From Flavobacteriales bacterium (GTDB lineage: Bacteria > Bacteroidota > Bacteroidia > Palsa-965), in the NCBI GenBank assembly GCA_040377305.1, contig JBEIPA010000006.1:166770-230769 (forward strand): a DNA stretch of 64,000 bases, written 5' to 3'. The position numbers and the translations under genes are program-made. Below are positions 37,780-48,227 of this stretch, piece by piece (positions within the stretch are counted from its first letter, which is position 1; each line of letters opens with the position of its first letter). The notes under the pieces were generated by a model. It was given only the letters and a program-made list of their open reading frames with translations, was not told where the DNA came from and did no database searches.

Positions 37780-40700
37780 ATGTTAGATAAAATCAAAGAA
37801 TTCAAACCAACCTCGTGGGCGATCGACAACAAGACCACAACTTTTATCTTGTTGGTGTTCCTTTCGTTTGCAGGTTACCTGTTTTACCAGAAGCTACCCA
37901 AGGAGAATTTTCCTGAAGTACAGGTTCCTACTATCTATGTATCCACTGTGTATGCTGGAACCTCACCTACTGATATGGAGAATCTCGTTGCAAAACCGCT
38001 CGAGAAACAGATCAAGGGTATTTCAGGTGTTAAAAAAGTGACGAGCAATTCCATTCAGGATTTCTGCAACATTGTTGTGGAATTCAATACTGATGTGGAC
38101 GTAGCTACCGCACTACAGAAAGTAAAAGATGCGGTTGACAAAGCGAAGAAAGACCTTCCTGAAAAGCTAACAGCAGGTCCGGATGCTCAGGAAGTCAACT
38201 TCTCTGAATTCCCGATCATGTACGTCAATGTAGCCGGTCCCGATCTGAAAAAACTGAAAGAGCACTCCGAAGACATCAAAGACCGCATTGAGTCGATGAA
38301 AGAGATTACGCGTGTGGACATGGTGGGCGCGCTTGACCGTGAGATTCAGGTGAACGTTGATATGTACAAGCTGCAGGCATTGCAGCTTACACTCGGCGAT
38401 ATTTCACGCGCAATTCAATACGAGAACATGACGATTTCCGGAGGCACAGTTACTACCGACGGAATGAAACGTACCATTGCAGTGAAGAAGGAATTCAAAA
38501 CTGTTGACGAGCTCAAGCGCATTATTGTAGGATCACAAGCGGGCGCTATGGTATATCTCGAAGATGTTGCGGAAGTAGTTGACTCGAATAAAGAAAAGGA
38601 GAGTTTCGCACGTCTGGATGGCAAAGATGTAATCACGCTTAATATTATCAAACGCTCGGGCGAAAACCTCGTGGACGCGTCTGATAAAATTTACGTATTG
38701 ATTGATGAGATGAAAGCATCGGGTGAAATTCCATCTGATGTAACCATCACCATTACGGGTGACCAATCTGATCAGACGCGTGTAACACTTCACGATCTAC
38801 TCAACACCATCATCATCGGTTTCGTACTCGTATTGATCGTGCTTATGTTCTTCATGGGTGCAACCAACGCGTTCTTCGTTGCATTGTCCGTTCCCTTATC
38901 AATGGCGGTTGCATTCATTGTACTCGACAGCCTTGGCTTCACGATGAACATGATCGTTCTCTTCGCATTCCTTCTTGCATTGGGAATTGTGGTTGATGAC
39001 GCGATTGTTGTAATCGAAAACACGCACAGGATCTTCTTAGAGAATCAAGGAATAGGAATTGTGCGAGCCGCTAAACTTGCCGCGGGCGAAGTCTTCCTTC
39101 CTGTGTTATCGGGTACGTTAACAACACTTGCACCATTCATTCCGCTTGCGTTCTGGGGAGGGATCATCGGGCAGTTCATGATGTACTTACCAATCACGCT
39201 CATCATCACCTTGCTGGCATCGTTGCTGGTGGCGTACCTCTTCAACCCTGTTTTTGCAGTAAGTTTTATGCGCCACTACGATTCTGAAACGGCAAAGAAC
39301 AACGCCTGGCCGACATGGATGAAGCGCTTCGTAATTTTTGCTTCCGTATTTGCGGTGCTGTGCTATCTCATGGGTGGCATGTTTCTCGGTAGTTTCACAC
39401 TATTCATCGTGGTTGTTGTACTACTACACCACTATCTGCTGCGCCGCATTATTTTTGGCTTCCAGGAAAAAGCCTGGCCGCGTGTTCGTGAGTGGTACGG
39501 ACGCCGCCTGGTATGGGCGCTGAAAAATCCGGGCAAAGTGTTCATCGGAATGATTGCGATTTTCATTTTGTCGATTTTCGGAATTGGTCTTCGCCAACCA
39601 AAAGTTGATTTCTTCCCAACGTCTGATCCGAACTTCATTTATGCTTACATCGAGATGCCGGTTGGAACCGACCAGATCAAAACAAACGATGTGGCGCTGC
39701 AAGTAGAAGAGCGCATCAACACGCTCATCGGAAATGATACCGATCTCGTGAACTCCATCATTGCGAATGTTGCGTTTGGTGCAGGTGATCCGAATCAACC
39801 CGATCTTTCCGTTCAGCCGCACAAAGCAAAAGTGACTGTTGCATTTGTAGCGTTCGCTAAACGTAACGGCAAGTCAACAACCGACGTTCTGACCCGCATC
39901 CAAAAATCATTCGATGAGAACAAAATTCCCGATGCAAGCGTAGTTGTTGAACAGGAACAAGGCGGACCTCCGGTTGGAAAACCGATCAGTATTGAGATTA
40001 CCGGTGATAAACTGGAAGCATTGACCGCTGCGGCAGATGAGCTGAAAGTGTATCTCGACAGCATCAACATTACAGGTGTTGCAAAACTAAAGAGCGACGT
40101 AGCGGCAAGTAAACCGGAAATTGTATTCGACATTGATCGTGAACGTGCAAACCGCGAAGGAATTTCTACCGGCCAGATCGGAATGGAACTACGTAACGCC
40201 GTGTTTGGTTCTGAAGCTTCGAAGTTTCGTGATGAGAACGATGAATATCCCATCATGGTTCGTTATCAGGAAGATCAGCGTATGGATTTAAATGCGCTGA
40301 ACAACCTGAAGTTCACATACCGCGACATGAACATGGGCGGATTGATTCGCAATGTACCGATGTCGTCTTTTGCTGACATTTATTATGGCAAGAGTTATGG
40401 TGGAGTAAAACGCAAAGGACAGAAGCGTATCATCACCCTTGAATCAAACGTTCTCGCGGGGTACAACCCGAATGAAGTTGCAACTCAGGTTGAAGCACAG
40501 GTGATGAACTGGAAACGCACGCACAAAATTCCAGGTGTAGAAATCAAGATGGGTGGACAAGCGGAAGAGCAGGCAGAAACTGCGTCTTTCCTTGGAGGTG
40601 CGTTGCTAACCAGCATAGGATTGATTCTCGTAATTCTCGTAACGCAATTCAACTCAATCGGGAAACCATTAATCATCCTGAGCGAAATTCTGTTCAGTGT

Positions 40701-41232
40701 AATCGGTGTATTCCTTGGACTGGCAATTTTCGGTGGAAACATTTCCATCATCATGACAGGAGTTGGTATCGTAGCACTCGCAGGAATTGTCGTCCGGAAC
40801 GGAATCCTCATTGTTGAGTTCATCGAGATCCTGAAAGATCGAGGCATGAGTACGACCGATGCTGTAATTGAAGCGGGTAAAACGCGTATGACTCCGGTTC
40901 TTCTTACAGCAACTGCAACCATTCTCGGTCTAGTTCCTCTCGCAGTAGGATTGAACATTGACTTCTACACCTTATTTGCAGAAGGCAATCCGCATCTCTT
41001 CTTTGGTGGAGACAGCGTAGCATTCTGGGGTCCTCTTTCATGGACAATGATCTACGGTTTGAGTTTCGCTACGATTCTAACGTTGGTTGTACTTCCAGTT
41101 ATGTATGTGCTCTCTGAACGCTTCGGTAACTTTGTGCGACGCATTTTTGGAAGCAAAACAACGGCAGATCATCACGACGAAACAATAATCTCGGATGAAC
41201 CGAGTACAGAGGAAGGTGCTGTAACGAAATAA
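37780..41232 (+). CDS. AcrB/AcrD/AcrF-family RND permease
   Basis: LPKENFPEV, ALGIVVDDAIVVIEN, GIVVRNGILIVE, RMTPVLLTA. Confidence 0.96.
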   Translation: MLDKIKEFKPTSWAIDNKTTTFILLVFLSFAGYLFYQKLPKENFPEVQVPTIYVSTVYAGTSPTDMENLVAKPLEKQIKGISGVKKVTSNSIQDFCNIVVEFNTDVDVATALQKVKDAVDKAKKDLPEKLTAGPDAQEVNFSEFPIMYVNVAGPDLKKLKEHSEDIKDRIESMKEITRVDMVGALDREIQVNVDMYKLQALQLTLGDISRAIQYENMTISGGTVTTDGMKRTIAVKKEFKTVDELKRIIVGSQAGAMVYLEDVAEVVDSNKEKESFARLDGKDVITLNIIKRSGENLVDASDKIYVLIDEMKASGEIPSDVTITITGDQSDQTRVTLHDLLNTIIIGFVLVLIVLMFFMGATNAFFVALSVPLSMAVAFIVLDSLGFTMNMIVLFAFLLALGIVVDDAIVVIENTHRIFLENQGIGIVRAAKLAAGEVFLPVLSGTLTTLAPFIPLAFWGGIIGQFMMYLPITLIITLLASLLVAYLFNPVFAVSFMRHYDSETAKNNAWPTWMKRFVIFASVFAVLCYLMGGMFLGSFTLFIVVVVLLHHYLLRRIIFGFQEKAWPRVREWYGRRLVWALKNPGKVFIGMIAIFILSIFGIGLRQPKVDFFPTSDPNFIYAYIEMPVGTDQIKTNDVALQVEERINTLIGNDTDLVNSIIANVAFGAGDPNQPDLSVQPHKAKVTVAFVAFAKRNGKSTTDVLTRIQKSFDENKIPDASVVVEQEQGGPPVGKPISIEITGDKLEALTAAADELKVYLDSINITGVAKLKSDVAASKPEIVFDIDRERANREGISTGQIGMELRNAVFGSEASKFRDENDEYPIMVRYQEDQRMDLNALNNLKFTYRDMNMGGLIRNVPMSSFADIYYGKSYGGVKRKGQKRIITLESNVLAGYNPNEVATQVEAQVMNWKRTHKIPGVEIKMGGQAEEQAETASFLGGALLTSIGLILVILVTQFNSIGKPLIILSEILFSVIGVFLGLAIFGGNISIIMTGVGIVALAGIVVRNGILIVEFIEILKDRGMSTTDAVIEAGKTRMTPVLLTATATILGLVPLAVGLNIDFYTLFAEGNPHLFFGGDSVAFWGPLSWTMIYGLSFATILTLVVLPVMYVLSERFGNFVRRIFGSKTTADHHDETIISDEPSTEEGAVTK

Positions 41233-41235
41233 TGA

Positions 41236-41268
41236 GAGCCCCGATGCGTCAACGCTATCGGGGCTTTT
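41236..41268 (+). terminator. Intrinsic terminator after the RND permease
   Basis: agccccgat...atcggggct followed by ttt. Confidence 0.7.
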
Positions 41269-41281
41269 AATTGAATCTACA

Positions 41282-42364
41282 ATGAGAATACTGATTGCAT
41301 CACTGACTACAATCGCTCTTATCTCCTGCAAAGGAGGAAGCGAAACAATCCGTCCCGAGAAACGTGATCTCACACAGGCGGTGTACGCTTCCGGAAAAAT
41401 ATTCCCGAAGAACGACTACAAAGTTTCCGCGCGACTCCCCGGATACGTTCAGGAAATTCTTGTACACGTTGGCGATACAGTTACCGCCGGACAGCCACTC
41501 TTGAGAATTCGCAGCGACATCAGCACGATCAATGTGGAAGCAGCGAAGAATCAATACAATCTTGCAGCCAACAACGCTTCTGAAAGCGGACCTGTGCTAA
41601 GCGCGCTCAAGCAAGAAGTAAATGCTTCGGAATCGAAATACCTTCTTGATTCAACAAACTTCAGGCGCTACGAAAATCTTCTCGCGAGCAAAAGTGCTTC
41701 GCAATTGCAGGTCGATCAGGCGAAAGTACTATTCGAAAGCTCACGTGCTGCATGGAATCGCTCGAGATATAATTACAACTCTACGCGTGATCGTTTACGC
41801 ACCGAATCTCAGAATGCAAAGCTGCAACTCGATGCCCAGACAACCAATCAAGGCGACTTTACAATCAATGCTGCTGTGAGTGGAAAAGTATACGACATTG
41901 TTCCGAAGATTGGCGATCTCGTGAATTCACAAATGTCATTGATTGAAATCGGGTCCGCAACTGAATTCGAAGTAGAGCTAAGCATCGACGAGACAGATAT
42001 TTCATTCGTTGTAGTTGGACAAGAGGTGTTGTACGAAATCGATGCATACAGAGACTTTCCGCTTACTGGAACAGTGCTGGAAATTTATCCGAGAATCAGT
42101 GCCGGTAATAAAACTGCGAAAATTATAGCCAGCGTAACTTTCGGAAAAGACATGGTCGTGTATTCCGGAATGTCGATTGAATCCAATATCATCATCACTG
42201 AAAAGAAAAGTGTACTGGTTATTCCTCGGGAGTACGTCAAGCCGGGTAATACCGTGAATGTGAAAGGTAAAGACCAGCCTGTGAAAATTACGACAGGTGC
42301 TTCCGATTTGGAATTCATTGAAGTCACGAGCGGATTGAGTGAAACAGATGAGTTAGAAAAATAA
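41282..42364 (+). CDS. MacA-like periplasmic adaptor lipoprotein
   Basis: LIS-C lipobox, VYASGKI, VHVGDTV, IDETDISFVVVGQ. Confidence 0.88.
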   Translation: MRILIASLTTIALISCKGGSETIRPEKRDLTQAVYASGKIFPKNDYKVSARLPGYVQEILVHVGDTVTAGQPLLRIRSDISTINVEAAKNQYNLAANNASESGPVLSALKQEVNASESKYLLDSTNFRRYENLLASKSASQLQVDQAKVLFESSRAAWNRSRYNYNSTRDRLRTESQNAKLQLDAQTTNQGDFTINAAVSGKVYDIVPKIGDLVNSQMSLIEIGSATEFEVELSIDETDISFVVVGQEVLYEIDAYRDFPLTGTVLEIYPRISAGNKTAKIIASVTFGKDMVVYSGMSIESNIIITEKKSVLVIPREYVKPGNTVNVKGKDQPVKITTGASDLEFIEVTSGLSETDELEK

Positions 42365-42371
42365 CTTTATC

Positions 42372-42438
42372 GCCTTCGACTCCGCTCAGTCTGACAAAGT
42401 TCTTTAATCACGAATGTGTCAAACCGAACGGAGCCGAG
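42372..42438. repeat. REP-like inverted pair (CTTCGACTCCGCTCAG..TGACA family)
   Basis: gccttcgactccgctcagtctgaca ... tgtcaaaccgaacggagccgag. Confidence 0.7.
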
Positions 42439-42466
42439 TAGACAAGAAGGAAAGTAAAACTAGTAT

Positions 42467-43732
42467 ATGATGTCATTCTTTAAGTCACCTTCTTTCCGAA
42501 TAGCAATCACGCACTTGAAATCCAAGAAGCGGCAGACGATTGTTGCTATGCTCGGAGTCACTTTTGGTATTGCCATTTTCATTTTCCAGGCGGGATTGAT
42601 GTCCGGTTTCCAAACCACGTTCATTGAACAAACGGTGAACACTTCCGCGAACATTCGTATTTACAACGATGTGCAGAAAGCGCGCCCATCACTGCTCGAA
42701 AGATTCCGTACTGATTCATCGTGGAAAGTGGTGAATAATCAGAAGCCGAAAGAGGAAGAACCGAGAATCAAGAACGGCTTGCAGATCATGAACATTCTTG
42801 AACGTCACCCCGATGTTGCAGGTGTTTCTCCGTTCACAGGCTCGCAAGCCATATTTAAACTTGGACTTGCACAGGTTTCCGGTCGAGTTTCGGGTGTTGA
42901 AATTGAAAAAGAGAATTCCATTTTCAACGTAGAGCAGTACATGATCGAAGGCGATCTGCTAAAACTCGAATCGACACCCAATGGAATTATTCTTGGAGAA
43001 GGATTGGCACAGAAGCTTGGTGCAAAAGTGGGTGATGTTATGACAGCAGTTTCACCCAAAGGTGTTTCTCTCGAATTGAAAATTGTAGGCATTCACCGTT
43101 CCGGGATTGTCGAACTCGATAATACACGCGCGTACATCAACATACGCAATGCACAAAAGCTCTTGAATGTAGATGGAAGCTATATCACTGACCTTAACAT
43201 CAAGCTGAAAGATGTAAAGAAGTCAGCAGCACTTGCACAGGAATTACAAGCGAAGTTTGGGTACACCGCACAGGATTGGGAAAGTGCGAACGCAAACATC
43301 TTTGGCATTTTCAAGATTCAGAATATGGTGACGTATCTGATCATCTCCTCTATTCTCATTGTGTCCGGATTCGGAATCTTCAACATTCTCATGATGATCA
43401 TCTATGAGAAAATGCCCGACATCGCCATTCTGAAAGCCACCGGTTTCCGGGATAGTGATATCCGGACAATATTTCTCACCGAATCACTGATCATTGGAAT
43501 CTTCGGAGGGATTCTCGGGTTAATTCTCGGCTACACCATGCAGCAAATTGTGGGCAGCATCAAAATGGATGTGCGTGGATTTGTAGCGATGGAATATCTC
43601 CGGTTCAATTCATCACCGGCATTCTTCGTTTTCGCTTATGCATTCGGCTTGCTCGCAACGGCATTGGCAGGATACATACCGGCGCGCAAAGCTTCAAAAG
43701 TTGACGCAATAGATATTATACGCAGCAAATAA
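42467..43732 (+). CDS. MacB/LolC/FtsX-type ABC permease
   Basis: TM1 LGVTFGIAIFI, periplasmic domain, GFGIFNILMMIIYEK..IAILKATG, PARKASKVD. Confidence 0.92.
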   Translation: MMSFFKSPSFRIAITHLKSKKRQTIVAMLGVTFGIAIFIFQAGLMSGFQTTFIEQTVNTSANIRIYNDVQKARPSLLERFRTDSSWKVVNNQKPKEEEPRIKNGLQIMNILERHPDVAGVSPFTGSQAIFKLGLAQVSGRVSGVEIEKENSIFNVEQYMIEGDLLKLESTPNGIILGEGLAQKLGAKVGDVMTAVSPKGVSLELKIVGIHRSGIVELDNTRAYINIRNAQKLLNVDGSYITDLNIKLKDVKKSAALAQELQAKFGYTAQDWESANANIFGIFKIQNMVTYLIISSILIVSGFGIFNILMMIIYEKMPDIAILKATGFRDSDIRTIFLTESLIIGIFGGILGLILGYTMQQIVGSIKMDVRGFVAMEYLRFNSSPAFFVFAYAFGLLATALAGYIPARKASKVDAIDIIRSK

Positions 43733-44151
43733 TGAAACTGATCTGGACATTCAATTGTGAAGTAGATATGCCGCTCGAGGATGCGAAGAGTGTGTTCTTT
43801 GATTTTCGGGAAGGAAAATTCAATGAACTATCGGCACCTTTCCTTGTTGCAGGAAAAGGAGACGTGAAAGTGACATTCGATAAAATTCACTTCGTTATTG
43901 AGTTCGCGGACGGTCACCGTGAATTTGTGTACGTTGAAAAAGAAAACAACACGATCGCGATTCAGGGCGAATGGTGGTATCGCGGAGAATACACACTTTC
44001 TTCCCGGGATCAGAAGACAAACGTACAACTTCAGGTTTTCAATCTTGCCGATCAGGAATGGTTGGCGAGTCTTATGCATATCAATGCCGTACGTAAGCAC
44101 GAAATCGCATTCCGGTCGCTTTGTAAAATGGCGGAGCGAAAACACGTATGA
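43732..44151 (+). CDS. Hypothetical protein embedded in the ABC operon
   Basis: Overlaps both neighbours (TAATG and ATGA junctions); IQGEWWYRGEY motif. Confidence 0.7.
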   Translation: MKLIWTFNCEVDMPLEDAKSVFFDFREGKFNELSAPFLVAGKGDVKVTFDKIHFVIEFADGHREFVYVEKENNTIAIQGEWWYRGEYTLSSRDQKTNVQLQVFNLADQEWLASLMHINAVRKHEIAFRSLCKMAERKHV

Positions 44152-44840
44152 ACGAAGCGCGCAACATACTCGAGACAAAAGATCTTGATAAGTTCTTCCG
44201 GGATCCTGTAGACTTTCAGGCGCTGAAGAAAATTAATGTTGCGGTTCAACAGGGAGAATTTATTTCTATCATCGGTTCATCAGGAAGTGGCAAGTCGACT
44301 TTGTTGTACGTGCTCTCCACGCTCGATACTGATTACGAAGGACACATTTATCTCGACGGAGAAGATCTCTCCACGAAATCAAAAAATGAACTTGCAGCAA
44401 TTCGCAATGAAAAAATCGGATTCGTATTTCAGTTTCACTATCTGCTTCCGGAGTTTTCTGTTGTCGACAACGTGATGCTTCCTGCACTCAAACTTGCGAA
44501 GTATGACAATGCAACGATCAAAAAACGTGCGCTGGAAAAACTCGACTTGCTCGGGCTGGCCGACCAGGCAGAGAAAAGTGCGAAACGACTTTCCGGTGGA
44601 CAACAACAACGCGTTGCAATTGCACGTGCTTTGATTAACGATCCGGCAATTATATTCGGCGATGAGCCAACCGGAAACCTCGATTCAAAAAATGCGCAGC
44701 TTGTGTTTGATATTTTCCGCGAATTGAAGGAGAAGTATAATCAGACGATCGTAGTAGTGACACACGCCATGAACTTGAGTGCGCAAACAGATCGCGTGAT
44801 TAAGTTGCATGATGGAGAAGTCGTGTCAAGTGCGCAGTGA
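44148..44840 (+). CDS. ABC transporter ATP-binding protein (LolD/MacB type)
   Basis: GSSGSGKST Walker A, LSGGQQQR signature, DEPTGNLD. Confidence 0.95.
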   Translation: MNEARNILETKDLDKFFRDPVDFQALKKINVAVQQGEFISIIGSSGSGKSTLLYVLSTLDTDYEGHIYLDGEDLSTKSKNELAAIRNEKIGFVFQFHYLLPEFSVVDNVMLPALKLAKYDNATIKKRALEKLDLLGLADQAEKSAKRLSGGQQQRVAIARALINDPAIIFGDEPTGNLDSKNAQLVFDIFRELKEKYNQTIVVVTHAMNLSAQTDRVIKLHDGEVVSSAQ

Positions 44841-44904
44841 TCAGTGCGCAATGCGCAGTTGCAATCACCAGACTGCGCATTGCGTACAGTCTACTGCGCA
44901 CTGA
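44829..44904. repeat. tgcgca-based heptamer inverted repeat covering both convergent stop codons
   Basis: agtgcgcagtgatcagtgcgcaatgcgcagt ... actgcgcattgcgtacagtctactgcgcactga. Confidence 0.7.
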
Positions 44905-45364
44905 TTTCTTTATACATCCTGGAATTATAATACTGAAATCCTTCTTTGCCGAAAAACCCTCTTGCCTCTTCATTCTTCTCCCAATGATTGAGATCCACAC
45001 GACCTAATTTTTCTTTCTTCGCAAGGTCAAGTAAATGTTCCATCAACTTCTTCCCTACTCCTTTTCTTCTGAATTTTTCCAACACCGCAAACTGATCAAT
45101 CTGCATCGCAGAACGTGCAACCTGAAAAGCATTCTGGTTGAACCGCGAAATAAATACCAATGCATATCCTGCCGGCTCATCTCCTTCATAAGCAACAAAT
45201 GCTTTTGCTTCGCGACCAGCGAGCATTTTCTTAATCGCTCTTTCAATTTCTTCCTTCACGTATGGACGAAATATTTCAGGATACATTTTGTTATGATGTT
45301 CCTGCACTTCTTTATTAAGGTCTGCGAGCAATCCCGCGTCTGTAGTTTCTTTGATTTGTGTCAT
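44891..45364 (-). CDS. GNAT-family N-acetyltransferase
   Basis: IDQFAVLEKFRRKGVGKKLM acetyl-CoA motif, NEEARGFFGKEGF. Confidence 0.9.
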   Translation of the reverse strand: MTQIKETTDAGLLADLNKEVQEHHNKMYPEIFRPYVKEEIERAIKKMLAGREAKAFVAYEGDEPAGYALVFISRFNQNAFQVARSAMQIDQFAVLEKFRRKGVGKKLMEHLLDLAKKEKLGRVDLNHWEKNEEARGFFGKEGFQYYNSRMYKEISAQ

Positions 45365-45513
45365 GCTGCGAAGGTACGGCAGGATGTTGCCCTATTGGGA
45401 AATATTGCCACTTAACCAATGTTAACAACTTTGCCCCGCAAAGTTTCTGATTATCACGTTTTTATGTCAATCTTTGAGCCATAGGTTTTCGTACCTTTGT
45501 AGAGGCATACAGC

Positions 45514-47472
45514 ATGAACAACACCAACTCCTCCAATAACTTCACACCGGGCAAACTGCTTGGACAAATAAATTCTCCTGCAGATTTACGTCTGTTGCGG
45601 GAAGATCAATTGCCACAACTTTCAAAAGAGTTGCGTCAATACATCATCGACCTTGTTTCCGTAAAAGGCGGACACTTCGGCGCGAGTCTCGGTGTTGTTG
45701 AGCTCACAGTTGCACTACATTATATTTTCGATACGCCATACGATCAACTCGTGTGGGATGTTGGTCACCAGGCATACGGTCATAAAATTCTCACAGGTCG
45801 TCGCGATGTTTTTCATACGAATCGTCGTTACAAAGGAATCTCCGGATTTCCGAAACGAAGCGAGAGTGAATACGATACATTCGGAGTTGGTCACTCATCA
45901 ACTTCAATTTCTGCAGCACTCGGAATGGCTGTTGCAGCGAATCGCAACAAAGAAAATCGTCATGCGGTTGCAGTAATCGGCGATGGAGCAATGACGGCAG
46001 GAATGGCATTCGAAGCATTGAATCATGCGGGAACAGAGAAGAGTAATCTTCTTGTTGTGCTCAATGACAATTGCATGAGTATCGATCCGAACGTTGGCGC
46101 GCTGAAAGAATATCTGAACGACATCACCACTTCTCACACGTACAATAAAGTGAAAGATGAAGTGTGGAAGTTGCTCGGGAAGATCAGCAAGTTTGGTCCG
46201 GATGCACAAACGATTGCAACGAAAGTGAGTGACTCACTAAAAGGTGCGCTGTTGAAACAGAGTAATCTTTTTGAATCACTCAAGTTCCGTTACTTCGGTC
46301 CGATTGATGGTCACGATGTTGATCGTCTTGTGAAAGTCATGCGCGATTTGCGTGATATTCCTGGTCCGAAAATTTTACACGTGCTCACCACAAAAGGAAA
46401 AGGATTTAAATTTTCCGAAGAAGGAAATCCAACGTTGTGGCATGCACCGGGCTTGTTCGACAAAGACACGGGTAAAATTGTAAAGACAGTTTCAAATGAA
46501 CCGCAACCGCCGAAGTATCAGGATGTATTCGGACATACAATAGTTGAGCTTGCAGAATTGAATCCGAAAATCATGGGCATTACGCCTGCGATGCCTTCCG
46601 GTTGTTCACTCAACATTATGATGAAAGCAATGCCCGATCGCGCGTTCGATGTAGGTATTGCAGAACAACACGCAGTTACTTTTTCAGCGGGACTCGCCAC
46701 GCAAGGCATGATTCCGTTCTGCAATATTTACTCTTCGTTCATGCAGCGCGCTTACGACCAGGTTGTACACGATGTTGCGTTGCAGAAACTGCACGTTGTA
46801 TTGTGTCTTGATCGCGGCGGACTTGCAGGTGCAGACGGACCAACACACCACGGAAGTTTCGACATCGCGTATTTCCGTTGCATTCCGAATATGGTGATCA
46901 GCGCTCCAATGAATGAGCAGGAGTTGCGCAACTTAATGTATACAGCACAACTCGATAAAAATGCGGGTCCATTCGCAATTCGTTATCCGCGTGGAAACGG
47001 AGTTATGCCGGAATGGAGAACACCATTCGAAGAAATTAAAATCGGACAAGGAAGAAAAGTCCGCGACGGAAAAGACATTGCGATTCTCACGTTCGGCCAT
47101 CCCGGCAATTTTGCAACAGAAGCAATTGAAGTTTTGAATCTGCAAAACATCGACGCTGCACATTACGATATGCGTTTTGCTAAGCCGCTTGACGAATACA
47201 TGCTGCACGAAATCTTCACGAAGTTCGACAAGGTTATCACTGTAGAAGATGGTTGCCTCCAGGGTGGATTCGGCAGCGCAATCGCTGAGTTCATGGCCGA
47301 CCACAACTACCACGCGCAAATCAAACGTCTCGGCATTCCCGACAAGTGGATTGAACACGGCGAACAAAGCGAACTCTGGAAAGAGTGCGGGTTTGATGCC
47401 GAAGCAATTGTGGAGAATGCGAAGGAGATGGTGTTGAATAGACCCACCGTACTTTCAGGGTCCCAATCCTAG
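45514..47472 (+). CDS. dxs: 1-deoxy-D-xylulose-5-phosphate synthase
   Basis: GGHFGASLG, WDVGHQAY, GDGAMTAG..LNDN TPP motif, IAEQHA, DGPTHHG, IRYPRG. Confidence 0.98.
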   Translation: MNNTNSSNNFTPGKLLGQINSPADLRLLREDQLPQLSKELRQYIIDLVSVKGGHFGASLGVVELTVALHYIFDTPYDQLVWDVGHQAYGHKILTGRRDVFHTNRRYKGISGFPKRSESEYDTFGVGHSSTSISAALGMAVAANRNKENRHAVAVIGDGAMTAGMAFEALNHAGTEKSNLLVVLNDNCMSIDPNVGALKEYLNDITTSHTYNKVKDEVWKLLGKISKFGPDAQTIATKVSDSLKGALLKQSNLFESLKFRYFGPIDGHDVDRLVKVMRDLRDIPGPKILHVLTTKGKGFKFSEEGNPTLWHAPGLFDKDTGKIVKTVSNEPQPPKYQDVFGHTIVELAELNPKIMGITPAMPSGCSLNIMMKAMPDRAFDVGIAEQHAVTFSAGLATQGMIPFCNIYSSFMQRAYDQVVHDVALQKLHVVLCLDRGGLAGADGPTHHGSFDIAYFRCIPNMVISAPMNEQELRNLMYTAQLDKNAGPFAIRYPRGNGVMPEWRTPFEEIKIGQGRKVRDGKDIAILTFGHPGNFATEAIEVLNLQNIDAAHYDMRFAKPLDEYMLHEIFTKFDKVITVEDGCLQGGFGSAIAEFMADHNYHAQIKRLGIPDKWIEHGEQSELWKECGFDAEAIVENAKEMVLNRPTVLSGSQS

Positions 47473-47490
47473 CCAAACCAAGATTCACGC

Positions 47491-47624
47491 GTCACATCGT
47501 GGAGTCAGGATCCCAATCCTGACTCAGCCGAGATCTGCTTGCCACGTGAACCGAGATACCCGTGTCACATCGTGGAGTCAGGATCCCAATCCTGACTCAG
47601 ACGAGATCTGCTTGCCACGTGAAC
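47491..47624 (+). repeat. Two 73-bp tandem units each carrying a GTGG+hairpin REP, upstream of the RAYT gene
   Basis: GTGG-agtcagga-tcccaa-tcctgact at 47499 and 47572. Confidence 0.88.
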
Positions 47625-47687
47625 GCGATATCCGTTTTCAAACGTTTGCTCCCGACTACAACTAAACACTCTTCGTACGTTCGCACA

Positions 47688-48227
47688 ATGGGACTTCGCG
47701 GACGCACACGGCTCAAAGAATACAGTTTGTTCTTCGTCACTACGACTTGTCATGAATTTCTTCCTCTGATCGAATCAAAAGAAATGAAAGACATGCTGAT
47801 GGAGAACCTCAATTTCTACAATAAGAAGTACGATGCAGAAATTGTGAGCTATGCACTAATGCCCGAACACATTCATTTGATGATATACTTTCGAAATGAA
47901 AATCTGTTGATCGACTACATGCGGGATTTTAAAAGATTTACCTCGAAGAAAATTATTGAATACTGGCAAATGAAAAATCCAGAGGTAATGGACAAACTCA
48001 CTCATTATTCTGGTGCACAGAAACACAAAGCCTGGATGGATCGATTCGATGATGTCTATCTCTATTCACCGAAAGTTTGTTACACCAAACTCCGCTACAT
48101 CAACAATAATCCTGTCGAGCGAGGGTTATGCGAACATCCACAAGACTATCAGTATTCGAGTGCGGCGTTTTATAATGGACAGGTAGACTCCAAGATTACC
48201 TTGACGCACCTGCAAGATCTGTTGTGA
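47688..48227 (+). mobile_element. REP-associated tyrosine transposase (RAYT/TnpA-REP; HUH Y1 family)
   Basis: FFVTTTC, YALMPEHIHLMI (HUH), MRDFKRFT, YINNNPVERGL...YQYSSA; flanked by REPs; start moved to ATG 47688. Confidence 0.9.

Noticed and set aside
47562-47687. 42-aa N-terminal extension of the RAYT, and ORFs 48126-48509 and 48224-48595
   Set aside because: Translations of REP DNA; the promoter box at 47676-47683 supports ATG 47688
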